Below, piece by piece: positions 17,045 through 26,385 of a stretch of DNA of 37,239 nt. Source of the stretch: an uncultured Gammaproteobacteria bacterium (lineage in GTDB: Bacteria; Patescibacteriota; Microgenomatia; Levybacterales; UBA12049); assembly GCA_964408825.1 (NCBI GenBank), contig CAYPAU010000002.1, positions 34,589-71,827 of the forward strand, in the 5' to 3' direction. The notes beneath the pieces were generated by a model that did no database searches, was not told the DNA's origin, and saw nothing but the letters and a program-made list of their open reading frames with translations. The stretch's first letter is position 1, and the number at the start of each line of letters is the position of its first letter. The translations under genes were made by a program, and so were the position numbers.

Positions 17045-18529
17045 ATGATTAGACAAGTTATGCCATCTTCCATTTCTATTATTCAAAAAGCTTCTTCAAA
17101 AGTATTCATCAAATTCCACTACATAGTAATTACTGTTGCTATAGTCTTAAATGTTTTATTTCTTTATTACCTTATTTTAGTTCAGAAAACCACATGGGAT
17201 GCTTTCTGGCAGTCCAACGCTTCATGGTATGCATGGTCTCAAGTAGTTTTAAGTGTTGTTACGGCTGTTCTTTTCGGAATAGCCGTCTCTTTCCTTTTCT
17301 ATGTGATAGAAGAAAAAAAAGAGGGATCAAGATCTACATTTCTTCATACGTTGGGTTCTTTATTTTTTTCAGCCGCCGTAACAGGATGTTCGGTCTGTAG
17401 CGCCTTTCTTCTTCCGACACTTGGTATTGCCGCCTCCCTTGTTGCTTTTCCATTGGGAGGACTTGAGATAAAACTTTTCTCAGCCCTAATACTTTCGTAT
17501 GCAATCTTTCAATACTCCAAAAGTGTACTTGGGCTTTGTGAGATTCCAAAAGAGAAAATTATATCGCTAAAAAATAAAAACTTAGTTCTAAATATCAACA
17601 AAGAAACTCTTGCGCAACTTAATCCCATTTTGCTTTTACTACTTTTTATCCTCACCGTTTATGCGATTCCAAGACTCCCTATAAAATATCGAGCCAAGAC
17701 TCAGAGGGCAATCGCAGCATCCGGCAATATTTCAAAGTCACAAGCAACCTCAGCCGAAGTTTTCTCTCAAATTAATCCCTCGCAGGGTTATGAAATTAAC
17801 GCTGCCTACGGAGATCTGGGGCCAAAGATGATAGAGATGGGTGTAATCGACCTTGATAAATTTAGACAAGTTTATCAACAGTCAGGACAACCATTAACCG
17901 CAGAACAAGAAAAGATCTTAACTTCCGGGCTTGATAAAAAAATAAAAATTGATCAGAATAATTCCTATTTCCTGTTAAACTTCTTTTGGGCTTTTGGTCT
18001 TGGTAATAAAACTAAGATTCTTACAGAAGGCGATATGGTCAAATACGGCCAGGGGCAGATCGGGAACTTTGCCTCGACAGGCGGTTGGACCTTATCCCGT
18101 GGAGACGCCGTGGATTACTACTCAAAAAGAGCCTTGGTGCCATTGACTTCTCAGCAAGAAGATTTAGTGGATAAGGTTGCCTCGAACATTTATAGACCAT
18201 GCTGCGGCAATTCAACTGCTTTTCCTGATTGCAATCACGGTATGGCACTTTTAGGAATGTTGGAGTTAATGGCCTCAAACGGAGCAACCGAAAGCCAGAT
18301 GTACGATGACGCAAAATATATTAATGCTTTTTGGTTTCCCGGAAATTACTACGATATTGCCCTTTATTTTAAAAATAAAGAAGGAAAAGACTATAAAGAC
18401 GTAGACCCAAGATTAGTACTCGGTAAAGACATTTCATCGGCCTTTGGGGCACAAGAGGTTAAAAAATGGCTCACAGAAAAAGGAATAGTTGAGCCGCCGC
18501 CCCAGCAGGGAGGGGGATGCGGAATTTAA
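17045..18529 (+). CDS. Polytopic membrane protein with membrane CxxC and soluble Cys/His-rich domain
   Basis: About 5 TMs, GCSVC; RPCCGNSTAFPDCNHG; C-terminal GGGCGI; TTGACA upstream. Confidence 0.85.
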   Translation: MIRQVMPSSISIIQKASSKVFIKFHYIVITVAIVLNVLFLYYLILVQKTTWDAFWQSNASWYAWSQVVLSVVTAVLFGIAVSFLFYVIEEKKEGSRSTFLHTLGSLFFSAAVTGCSVCSAFLLPTLGIAASLVAFPLGGLEIKLFSALILSYAIFQYSKSVLGLCEIPKEKIISLKNKNLVLNINKETLAQLNPILLLLLFILTVYAIPRLPIKYRAKTQRAIAASGNISKSQATSAEVFSQINPSQGYEINAAYGDLGPKMIEMGVIDLDKFRQVYQQSGQPLTAEQEKILTSGLDKKIKIDQNNSYFLLNFFWAFGLGNKTKILTEGDMVKYGQGQIGNFASTGGWTLSRGDAVDYYSKRALVPLTSQQEDLVDKVASNIYRPCCGNSTAFPDCNHGMALLGMLELMASNGATESQMYDDAKYINAFWFPGNYYDIALYFKNKEGKDYKDVDPRLVLGKDISSAFGAQEVKKWLTEKGIVEPPPQQGGGCGI

Positions 18530-19134
18530 TGAGGATAGTGATACCCTTACCCGGAGTCAAAAGAAAAACATTATTGTTTATACTAGCATTCATAGGAATT
18601 CTTTTAGGACTTTACATATTTTCCAATTTCCAAAATAAAGAACTTATAACCCGTACCTATGCGACCTACGCGAAGGATTTTGAGTATTTGAGTAAAAACG
18701 GCAACTCTTCTTGCTCCTCGGAATTTAAAGACTCCATCAATCAAATGCCAGATAATGCTAGACTTCGGGGTTCGTGCTGCTCGCCAATGGATCTTCACCG
18801 CTACACAGAACAGAGGAACGGACTTAAAAAATATAAGAATATAGCGGAGATTCCGCCTGATCCTTATAATATTGAAGCTTCCCTTGTTAAAAAAATGATG
18901 GGTCATTACGAAGATACGTTAACTCCGGAAGAACAAAAAGCATATGATTTCGCTATGCAAAACTCCAAAGAAAAAGGCCCTTGCTGCTGCAAGTGCTGGA
19001 GATGGTATGTCTATGGCGGACTTGCCAAGTATCTAATTCAAAATTATGGATTTGGCGGAGAACAGGTTACAGAAGTTTGGAATTTATCAGACGGTTGTGG
19101 AGGCGCGGGGGATCACGTAAATCATGCAGATTAA
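18529..19134 (+). CDS. Membrane-anchored Cys-rich protein
   Basis: N-terminal TM; SCS, GSCCSPM, PCCCKCW, DGCGG; ATG overlaps upstream TAA. Confidence 0.85.
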   Translation: MRIVIPLPGVKRKTLLFILAFIGILLGLYIFSNFQNKELITRTYATYAKDFEYLSKNGNSSCSSEFKDSINQMPDNARLRGSCCSPMDLHRYTEQRNGLKKYKNIAEIPPDPYNIEASLVKKMMGHYEDTLTPEEQKAYDFAMQNSKEKGPCCCKCWRWYVYGGLAKYLIQNYGFGGEQVTEVWNLSDGCGGAGDHVNHAD

Positions 19135-19594
19135 TGCGGAAGCAAAAATAATAGGGGCTGTTTTCTTCGCAACATTTATTATTTTAATAGGAGGAGTATT
19201 TTTTCTCTCAAAAGACGAGAAGCCAGTTTCTAAAGGGGAAGTAGTAGCCCAAAACGGCATACACTGGCATCCAAGACTTTCGGTTTATATTAAAGGTCAA
19301 AAGCAAGAATTTACGGACAGCATAGGCTTAGGCGCTGTTCATCAGCCAATGCACACTCATTCCGAGGATTATAAGCAGGGAATAGTCCATATGGAATTTG
19401 GGGGTACGGTTACAAAAGATGAAACTAAGCTTTCGAATTTTTTCAAGATTTGGGGCAAACAATTTAATTCAAGCTGCGTGTTTGATAATTGTGGCGAAGG
19501 GAAGGTAAAAATGCTTGTGAACGGGGTAGAGAATAAAAATTTTGAAAATTATGCGATGAGAGACGGGGATAATATAGAAGTAAGATTTGAATAA
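19124..19594 (+). CDS. Membrane-anchored His-rich protein
   Basis: N-terminal TM; HWH, HQPMHTH, GIVHME, CxxxxC. Confidence 0.82.
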   Translation: MQINAEAKIIGAVFFATFIILIGGVFFLSKDEKPVSKGEVVAQNGIHWHPRLSVYIKGQKQEFTDSIGLGAVHQPMHTHSEDYKQGIVHMEFGGTVTKDETKLSNFFKIWGKQFNSSCVFDNCGEGKVKMLVNGVENKNFENYAMRDGDNIEVRFE

Positions 19595-19608
19595 ACTTCC
19601 TCTCTTTG

Positions 19609-19656
19609 TTGACTTAGCCCACTTTTAGTAGTATCATATCCCTGTAGGGGGGATAT
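19609..19656 (+). promoter_or_regulatory. Sigma70 promoter with CsoR-type operator
   Basis: TTGACT(19609)-17-TATCAT(19632); C-tract/G-tract palindrome ATATCCCTGTAGGGGGGATAT 19636-19656 directly before csoR. Confidence 0.75.
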
Positions 19657-19658
19657 AA

Positions 19659-19931
19659 GTGTATAGACCCAAAGATACTCAGGAAAGAATTCTTCATAGA
19701 CTAAAGATTGCCAAGGGGCACCTGTCAAAGGTTATAAAAATGGTGGAAGATCAGTCGTATTGCATCGATGTGATTCACCAGTCCCAGGCAGTACAGAGTG
19801 CCTTAAAGGAGGTAGATAGTCTGGTTTTAAAGAATCATTTAGAAACCTGTGTCGCGGACTATTTTAGAACCAATCAAAAGGAAAAGGCCATCACCGAGGT
19901 AATAAACGTATTTAAGAAAAGCGATAAATAA
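19659..19931 (+). CDS. csoR: CsoR/RcnR family metal-sensing repressor
   Basis: RLKIAKGHL, YCIDVIHQ, HLETCV (Cys-His-Cys ligands); GTG start. Confidence 0.92.
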   Translation: MYRPKDTQERILHRLKIAKGHLSKVIKMVEDQSYCIDVIHQSQAVQSALKEVDSLVLKNHLETCVADYFRTNQKEKAITEVINVFKKSDK

Positions 19932-19941
19932 ATATTAAACT

Positions 19942-22182
19942 ATGGAAAAGATGTATACATGTCCGATGCATCCTGAAGTTGTTTCCGACAAACCAGGCCG
20001 TTGCCCAAAATGCGGGATGAACCTTACGGAAATAGAAAACAAGAAAGAAAATATAAAAAATAACCGACAGAAAGGGCATGGTTCGATGGAACAAGGCGAA
20101 CACAGAATGAGGCCGGTTTCGGAGATCTCATGGTGGGAGAAGTTTAAAATGGGTATGACCATGGTCATGGGCATGGAGCATGGGGGTTTGGCAGGACGAG
20201 AAATGGCACGCCTTATGGAGGAGGATATCCGCAACAAGTTTTTCTTCTCTCTTGTCCTCTCAATCCCAATTATTGCGTATTCACCGTTTGCTATTGAATT
20301 TCTAAAGCTTCGACTACCTTCTCCAATTCCCATTCCGTTTCTCCTATTTATTTTGACGACTCCGGTATTTTTTTATTCAGGTTGGATTTTTCTTTACTCG
20401 ACATATAAGGCTTTGCTTGCCAAAACTTTAAATATGGCAGTTCTAATTGCCGTAGGTATTACAGCTGCCTATGGATTTAGTGTTATTTTAATGCTTCTTG
20501 GTTCAAGTGATTCCTATTATGAGGCGGCAGCACTTCTTATAACTTTTGTTTTGTTTGGTCATTGGATGGAGATGAAGTCCCGCCGCGGTACGACCGATGC
20601 GCTCCAGGCTCTGTTTAATCTCGTTCCCCCTCAGGCAAGAGTCATAAGAAACGGTCGCGAGATTCAAATTCCAACTTCAGAAGTAAAGGTTGATGACATT
20701 GTAGTTTTGAAACCCGGAGACAAGGTGCCTGTTGATGGAGAAGTTACTGAGGGGGAAACGGCAATTGATGAGTCTTTGGTTACAGGCGAATCAATCCCCG
20801 TTGCCAAAAAGACCGGCGATAACGTTATTGGTGGTTCTATCAATACGACAGGTTCTGTTAAATTTAAGGCCACGAAGGTGGGAGAAGACACCGCTCTTGC
20901 CCAGATAGTTAAGCTTGTTGAAATTGCCCAAAGTTCCAAAGCTCCCGGACAAAAAATTGCAGACAGATTTGCGCAATACTTGGTAATTGTTGCAGTCGGA
21001 GGAGGGCTCTTAGCGTTTGGAGGATGGTATTTTGTTTTAGGAGCGCCGATTCTTGTTGCTCTAACTTTTGCCATCTCAACCACAGTCATTGCGTGCCCTG
21101 ATGCTTTAGGACTTGCGACTCCGACTGCAGTTGCCGTAGGCACTGGACTTGGCGCCAAGCATAACATTTTGATTAAGGATGCGCCGACTTTAGAGCAGGT
21201 TTCAAAAATCCAAGCGGTCGTCCTTGATAAAACCGGAACGTTAACTGAAGGCAAACCCAAAATTACAGATGTGGTAGCTGTCTCTGGGTTTTCAGAAGAT
21301 GAAATTCTAAAGCTTGACGCGGCCGCAGAGGCAAAATCGAGCCACCCATTAAGTCAAGCTGTTCTTGAAGAAGCAAAAAAAAGAAAACTAAAGACCCCAG
21401 CCGAGGTTAAAGGATTTAAAAATATTGCGGGGCATGGAGTAGAAGCGGAAGTCTCAGGCAAACATATATTAGTAGGGACTGTTAAGCTTATGAACGACAG
21501 AAAGGTAGGCCTAGAAAATATCCAAAAAGATATTGATCGATTACTTTCCCAAGGGAAAACGATTATGATACTTGCCATCGATGGAAAAGCCGCGGGCGTT
21601 GCCGCTGCGACGGATCCTATAAAGGCAACGGCCGCAAAAGCCATTGAAAGGATGCAGGAATTAGGTCTTGAAGTGGCTATGATAACAGGAGACAACCAAA
21701 AAACGGCAGAAGCAATCGGAAAACAACTAGGAGTAAAAAGAGTTTTTGCCGAGGTTTTGCCCGAGGACAAAGCAAAGTATGTTAAGAAACTCCAAAAAGA
21801 AGGAAAATTTACGGCGATGGTAGGGGATGGTGTTAATGATGCGCCGGCCTTAGCCCAGGCAGATATCGGCATTGCAATCGGTGCAGGAACCGATGTGGCT
21901 ATCGAGACAGCAAAAGTGGTTCTTATGAAATCAGACCCTGCCGATGTTTTGCGCGCCATCCGTTTATCAAAAGCAACCGTAACCAAAATGAAACAGAACT
22001 TATTCTGGGCTTCGATTTATAATTTACTTGCCATTCCCATTGCAGCAGGAATTCTTTATCCAAAGTTTGGCATTTCGCTTCGACCTGAGATCTCGGCTCT
22101 TTTGATGAGTATCTCCTCAATTATCGTGGCAACAAATGCCGTCTTGTTAAATCGAGCCGAAAAGAGTTTAGTCGAAGTTTGA
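19942..22182 (+). CDS. copA: P1B-type heavy-metal (copper) translocating ATPase
   Basis: YTCPMHP..CPKCGM N-domain, TGES, CPD-ALGLATP, DKTGT, HP, GDGVNDAP, YN and MxxSS. Confidence 0.93.
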   Translation: MEKMYTCPMHPEVVSDKPGRCPKCGMNLTEIENKKENIKNNRQKGHGSMEQGEHRMRPVSEISWWEKFKMGMTMVMGMEHGGLAGREMARLMEEDIRNKFFFSLVLSIPIIAYSPFAIEFLKLRLPSPIPIPFLLFILTTPVFFYSGWIFLYSTYKALLAKTLNMAVLIAVGITAAYGFSVILMLLGSSDSYYEAAALLITFVLFGHWMEMKSRRGTTDALQALFNLVPPQARVIRNGREIQIPTSEVKVDDIVVLKPGDKVPVDGEVTEGETAIDESLVTGESIPVAKKTGDNVIGGSINTTGSVKFKATKVGEDTALAQIVKLVEIAQSSKAPGQKIADRFAQYLVIVAVGGGLLAFGGWYFVLGAPILVALTFAISTTVIACPDALGLATPTAVAVGTGLGAKHNILIKDAPTLEQVSKIQAVVLDKTGTLTEGKPKITDVVAVSGFSEDEILKLDAAAEAKSSHPLSQAVLEEAKKRKLKTPAEVKGFKNIAGHGVEAEVSGKHILVGTVKLMNDRKVGLENIQKDIDRLLSQGKTIMILAIDGKAAGVAAATDPIKATAAKAIERMQELGLEVAMITGDNQKTAEAIGKQLGVKRVFAEVLPEDKAKYVKKLQKEGKFTAMVGDGVNDAPALAQADIGIAIGAGTDVAIETAKVVLMKSDPADVLRAIRLSKATVTKMKQNLFWASIYNLLAIPIAAGILYPKFGISLRPEISALLMSISSIIVATNAVLLNRAEKSLVEV

Positions 22183-22186
22183 ATTC

Positions 22187-23071
22187 ATGGAACTTTTGAT
22201 GAGCGCATCATTTATAGCCTCTTTTTTTGCAGGAGTAGCGGCTTTGTTTGCACCCTGTTGCATTACCGTTCTTTTGCCGACTTATTTTGCTTCAATCTTT
22301 AAAGAAAAAGGGCTGATCTTTTTTATGACATTTATATATTTCCTGGGAGTTTTAGCAGTTTTTCTTCCCTTGGGTCTTGGAGCAACTTTCATAAGCCAAA
22401 TCTTTAGTCTCTATCACAATACGATCTTTTTTATCGGAGGAGTATTTCTGATATTTCTGGGGTTGACAATGCTTCTTGGCAAACAATTCTCCCTTCCTTT
22501 CACGGTGCATCCAAGCCTTAAGAATTACAATATTCCTTCAGTTTTTACCCTAGGTGTATTTTCGGGAATTGCGACGACCTGTTGCGCGCCTGTTTTAGCA
22601 GGAGTTTTAACCCTGGCGGTTTTACCCGGGAGTGTAATTCTTGGAGGAGTCTATACTCTTGCCTATGTATTGGGGATGGTAGTGCCGCTTTTTATTATCG
22701 CTCTTACTTTAGATAAATTTAATTTTACTCAAAAGTTTTTCGGTTTTCGAAAGGCTACTTCCTATACTTTGTTTGGGCAAAAAATAAGACTTACTTTTGC
22801 CAATCTTTTCTCGGGTCTTGTCTTCCTTATTTTTGGAATAATTATTTTATATCTTGAGAGAACGAACCAGCTTCTTTCCCATGCGTCTTATCAAGTAACC
22901 GTGAATCTTTACCTTACCCGTTTTGTCCGGTTTTTAGAAAACTTTACCAAATTTATCCCCGAAACTTTATGGGCAGTACTTTTCATGGGGGTATTTTTTC
23001 TGATAATATGGCAGGCAATAAAACAGTTTAGGAAAACTTATAAAACAGAAGTGAAGGAGGTGAAAATGTGA
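22187..23071 (+). CDS. ccdA: CcdA/DsbD-beta family membrane electron transporter
   Basis: Polytopic; FAPCC..LP and TCCAPVL pseudo-symmetric Cys motifs. Confidence 0.82.
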   Translation: MELLMSASFIASFFAGVAALFAPCCITVLLPTYFASIFKEKGLIFFMTFIYFLGVLAVFLPLGLGATFISQIFSLYHNTIFFIGGVFLIFLGLTMLLGKQFSLPFTVHPSLKNYNIPSVFTLGVFSGIATTCCAPVLAGVLTLAVLPGSVILGGVYTLAYVLGMVVPLFIIALTLDKFNFTQKFFGFRKATSYTLFGQKIRLTFANLFSGLVFLIFGIIILYLERTNQLLSHASYQVTVNLYLTRFVRFLENFTKFIPETLWAVLFMGVFFLIIWQAIKQFRKTYKTEVKEVKM

Positions 23072-23715
23072 ATCAAAAAGGATTATTGACTGTCCTTTTG
23101 ACAACAGGAATTATTGTTCTTCTTGTTGTTGTTTTATCTAATTTTAATTTTAAACTTGAACCTAAATCAACACAAGAGAAGATAAACAAAAACAATACCG
23201 TAACGGATGATCACCATGCAGGGCAACAAGCTATCAACTCGACAATTTTTGATTCTTTAACCGGAAAACCTGCCCCTGATTTTACTTTGGAAAGTTATGA
23301 CGGAGAGAAAATCACATTAGAGAGCCTTAGAGGTAAAAACGTCATTTTATTTTTTAGTGAAGGGCTCATGTGTTATCCATCCTGTTGGAATCAAATTGCA
23401 GCTTTTGGAAAAGACAGCGAATTTACAAGTAAAAACACGGTGGTTTTGACCATTGTTAATGATCGAAAAAATGACTGGAGACAGGCTGTAGTTAAAATGC
23501 CCGAATTAGCATCGGCAAAAGTATTATTTGACACCGACAGGGCCGTATCTGTCTTATACGGAGCTTTGACTCTTCCTTCCTCAATGCACAGAGGTCAATT
23601 TGCCGGTCATAGTTACGTTATAGTCGACAAGGAAGGGATTATCCGTTTTGCAAGGGACGATCCTCAGATGGCAGTGAGAAATATGGAATTATCAGCTGAA
23701 ATAGACAAACTTTAA
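23068..23715 (+). CDS. Membrane-anchored thioredoxin-fold redoxin (AhpC/TSA or Sco-like)
   Basis: GKPAPDFTL..LESLRGKNVILFF, CYPSC, GHSYVIVDKEG; AAGGAGGTG SD. Confidence 0.82.
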   Translation: MNQKGLLTVLLTTGIIVLLVVVLSNFNFKLEPKSTQEKINKNNTVTDDHHAGQQAINSTIFDSLTGKPAPDFTLESYDGEKITLESLRGKNVILFFSEGLMCYPSCWNQIAAFGKDSEFTSKNTVVLTIVNDRKNDWRQAVVKMPELASAKVLFDTDRAVSVLYGALTLPSSMHRGQFAGHSYVIVDKEGIIRFARDDPQMAVRNMELSAEIDKL

Positions 23716-23737
23716 TTTGGAAAGGAGGGAAGGGACT

Positions 23738-23946
23738 TTGAAAATTTCTGATATCTTTAAGACCGCTTCCAACAAACAAAACAAAGTTAAGGATCCAATT
23801 TACGGAATGAAAGTTGATCTTGAAAAAACAAAGTTTAAGAGTACTTATAAAGGAAAAGTATACGGTTTTGTTCGCAAGGTTGCAGGGGTGACTTTATAAA
23901 AAATCCGGAAAAAATCTTAAGAACTGGGATAAACCTCTCCTTGTAG
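23738..23946 (+). pseudogene. Degenerate YHS-domain metal-binding protein
   Basis: KDPIYGM (expected DPxCGM); adding one T in the run at 23866-23869 restores YGF-CSQGCRGDFIKNPEK. Confidence 0.75.
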
Positions 23947-24056
23947 TCGGGCAGAAATTTTGATCGCAGCTTTGCTTATTTCCCACCCCAACAAACTTAT
24001 CCCAGATCTAAGCATAAATCAATGGATGAATGAAGTAGAGCAATGTGAATGATTTG

Positions 24057-24082
24057 TTCCATCATTCGCGCGAATGATAGAA
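24057..24082. promoter_or_regulatory. 26-bp palindrome downstream of the ArsR gene
   Basis: TTCCATCATTC-GCGC-GAATGATAGAA. Confidence 0.6.
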
Positions 24083-24095
24083 TAAATCTTTTGAA

Positions 24096-24365
24096 TTACT
24101 CCAGTTTTCTTAAGAATTTAAGAGTAGATAAGCCTTTATCCGATAGCTTGTGGCGGACATTTTTGTTCTGATTTCGTTTCAAAATCAAACCTGCTATTGC
24201 CATCCGCCTTACATGCTGGCTTGCATTTTTCAGTTCTATTTTTACTCTTTGAGCAATTTCACTGACCGAAAGCTCAGGCTCCTTCTCAAGAAGTTCCAAT
24301 ATCTGAATCCTTCTATGATTTGAGTATCCCTTAACTATTCTTTCCAAGTTTCTGGTCTTTAGCAT
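24096..24365 (-). CDS. ArsR/SmtB-type winged HTH regulator
   Basis: RRIQILELL...LSVSEIA...ASQHVRRM..AGLI; no Cys ligands. Confidence 0.88.
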   Translation of the reverse strand: MLKTRNLERIVKGYSNHRRIQILELLEKEPELSVSEIAQRVKIELKNASQHVRRMAIAGLILKRNQNKNVRHKLSDKGLSTLKFLRKLE

Positions 24366-24382
24366 AAATCTATATTATCATA

Positions 24383-24408
24383 TTCCATCATTCAATAGAA
24401 TAATGGAA
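24383..24408. promoter_or_regulatory. 26-bp palindrome upstream of the ArsR gene (probable operator)
   Basis: TTCCATCATTC-AATA-GAATAATGGAA; same arm as 24057-24082. Confidence 0.65.
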
Positions 24409-24626
24409 TGAAGGCTTAAAGTAGTATTATGAGATTGAATAGAATTAAGCATAATGTACCAGCCGTAAATAAACTATGTAATAGGTATAAAAAATATTAA
24501 ACAAATAAAAAAGAACATTTGATTTTCCACCCTTATATTATAAGCAAGCAAATAATTTGTAAAAGAAATCAATATTTTATAAAATACTAAATTGCCTGCG
24601 ATAAGCAGGTTTTTAATTTTAATAAT

Positions 24627-25199
24627 ATGCGTCACAAAAACATAAAAACTCCGTTATATAAAAAAAGCATAGAAGTGATCTTTGATAAAGTTTTGGAAGT
24701 AAGAGCCAAGGGAGGGGATAAGGATGCCTTTTCCAAGCTATATCTTAAACACTTTGATTCAATTTACAGATACGTTTTTTTCAGAGTAAATATGAATCGG
24801 CAGGACGCTGAAGACATGACCGAGACGGTCTTTCTGAAAGCCTGGGAGAAGATAGAAGGATTTGATGAGGAAAAAGCGGGTTTTCGGCCTTGGATATATA
24901 AAATCGCAAGAAACCTTATCGTAGATTTTTACAGAAACAATAAGAAAACAACCCGGCTTTCGGCACTGATTATTGATGAGCGGGAAAACGTTGAGCAAAA
25001 AGTACTTGGAAAAATTGAAAGTGATGAAATATTAAAAGCAATAAGCCAACTATCGGAAGAACAGAAGGAAGTAGTGGTTATGAAGTTTATCGAAGGATTA
25101 AAAAACGGGGAAATTTCAAAAGTGCTTGGAAAAAAAGAGGAGGCGGTAAGAAGCCTTCAGTATAGAGCTCTTAAGAAGCTTAAAGAAATTTTAAAATAA
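24627..25199 (+). CDS. ECF sigma-70 factor
   Basis: AEDMTETVFLKAW, WIYKIARN region 2; LSEEQKEVV...EIS..LG..AVRS region 4; true start may be GTG 24675. Confidence 0.92.
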   Translation: MRHKNIKTPLYKKSIEVIFDKVLEVRAKGGDKDAFSKLYLKHFDSIYRYVFFRVNMNRQDAEDMTETVFLKAWEKIEGFDEEKAGFRPWIYKIARNLIVDFYRNNKKTTRLSALIIDERENVEQKVLGKIESDEILKAISQLSEEQKEVVVMKFIEGLKNGEISKVLGKKEEAVRSLQYRALKKLKEILK

Positions 25200-25200
25200 T

Positions 25201-25863
25201 ATGGAAGATTTAAACAAATATAAAGACATAATTAAAAGGCTTAATAAGCTAGATAGCATTTCTCCGGATAAACAGTTTAAGTCCCATTTTGAAAAATCAT
25301 TTATTCGTCTTTTACCATCAAGACACAGAAGCCCTTCTTTACTTGGATACCCTGTAAGGTTTGCTTTGATAATTTTCCTGGTGGTTGTCCTTGGCGCCTC
25401 GGGTACTGTTTTGGCCGCAGAGAAAGCAAGTCCCGGCTCCATATTTTATCCTGTTAAAAAAATAACCCAGGACATAAAACTCATAATGGCAACAAATTCC
25501 AAAGACAGAGCCGCCGTCCATCTTAAGAAAGCAGAAGATAAAGTTAAGGAAATAGAAAAGTCCGCCTCCGAGAATAAAGAAGAAAATCTTGAAAAGACTG
25601 TAGAGGGGTACGAAAAAGATGTAAGAAGCGCCCTGGAGGAAGCCGGTAAAATTAACAACGGAGAAAACCAGGCCAAGAGTAGCGTTGAAGAAGCTTTAAA
25701 TAAAAATAAGGAAGTTTTGGAAAATTTAAAAGTAACTGTTCCTACTCAGGCACAGCCAGCTATAAATAAGGCAATTGAAGTGTCTAGCCATGGTCAGAGT
25801 CAAGCCGGGGAAAATAATTCAGGCAATTCAAACGGAAATAAGAAGGGAGGTGACGGAAAATGA
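25201..25863 (+). CDS. Putative anti-sigma factor (single TM, DUF5667-like helical domain)
   Basis: Follows ECF gene; TM then ASPGSIFYPVK motif. Confidence 0.72.
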   Translation: MEDLNKYKDIIKRLNKLDSISPDKQFKSHFEKSFIRLLPSRHRSPSLLGYPVRFALIIFLVVVLGASGTVLAAEKASPGSIFYPVKKITQDIKLIMATNSKDRAAVHLKKAEDKVKEIEKSASENKEENLEKTVEGYEKDVRSALEEAGKINNGENQAKSSVEEALNKNKEVLENLKVTVPTQAQPAINKAIEVSSHGQSQAGENNSGNSNGNKKGGDGK

Positions 25864-26324
25864 TAGGAATTTTAATAGCATTATCAGTAATTGGGATAAT
25901 TATTCTGGGAGGAAGCAGTGCAACAGGGCTTATAAAGGCACAGCAGGAATTATCTGCAAAATCAGATATTCAGGCAGAAACTTCTGAGGTTCCCAACACT
26001 AAATCCAAAACTGATTTTGAAGCATCAGGCGAGGTGGCTGACGATCAAGACGAGGATGGTGAGGACAATTTGGAGGGACAAAAGCCGGATAATACAAAAG
26101 TCGCAGCTTTTAATATAAAATCCGGAAAAGAAATGCCAACTCTTATTCCTCAGGTGGCCGTCGATAACTCATTGGCTCTTGAAGTATCGCAAGGAAATAA
26201 CGACGAGAATAACGAGGAGGGAAAAGAGGTTGAGACCCAGTCAAAAACAAGTACAAATGCCGGTTTTGGCAAGCAAGTATCGGTCTCTGCGCAGTCATCA
26301 ACGCACGGAAAATCCGGAAAATAA
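25860..26324 (+). CDS. Secreted/anchored acidic low-complexity protein
   Basis: GGAGGTG SD; N-terminal hydrophobic segment. Confidence 0.72.
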   Translation: MIGILIALSVIGIIILGGSSATGLIKAQQELSAKSDIQAETSEVPNTKSKTDFEASGEVADDQDEDGEDNLEGQKPDNTKVAAFNIKSGKEMPTLIPQVAVDNSLALEVSQGNNDENNEEGKEVETQSKTSTNAGFGKQVSVSAQSSTHGKSGK

Positions 26325-26357
26325 CGGGAAGATCAATAAGGCTTCATTTCCCAAATA

Positions 26358-26385
26358 TCTAAAAGCGGGTATACCCGCTTTTAGA
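26358..26385. terminator. Perfect 28-bp palindrome (terminator or REP-like)
   Basis: TCTAAAAGCGGGTA|TACCCGCTTTTAGA after the ECF operon. Confidence 0.6.

Noticed and set aside
20664-21986. Long antisense ORFs (198 and 210 aa) opposite the ATPase, and similar ones opposite cysS, 27483, 34022 and ctpA
   Set aside because: Shadow frames of well-supported genes with no motifs or start signals.
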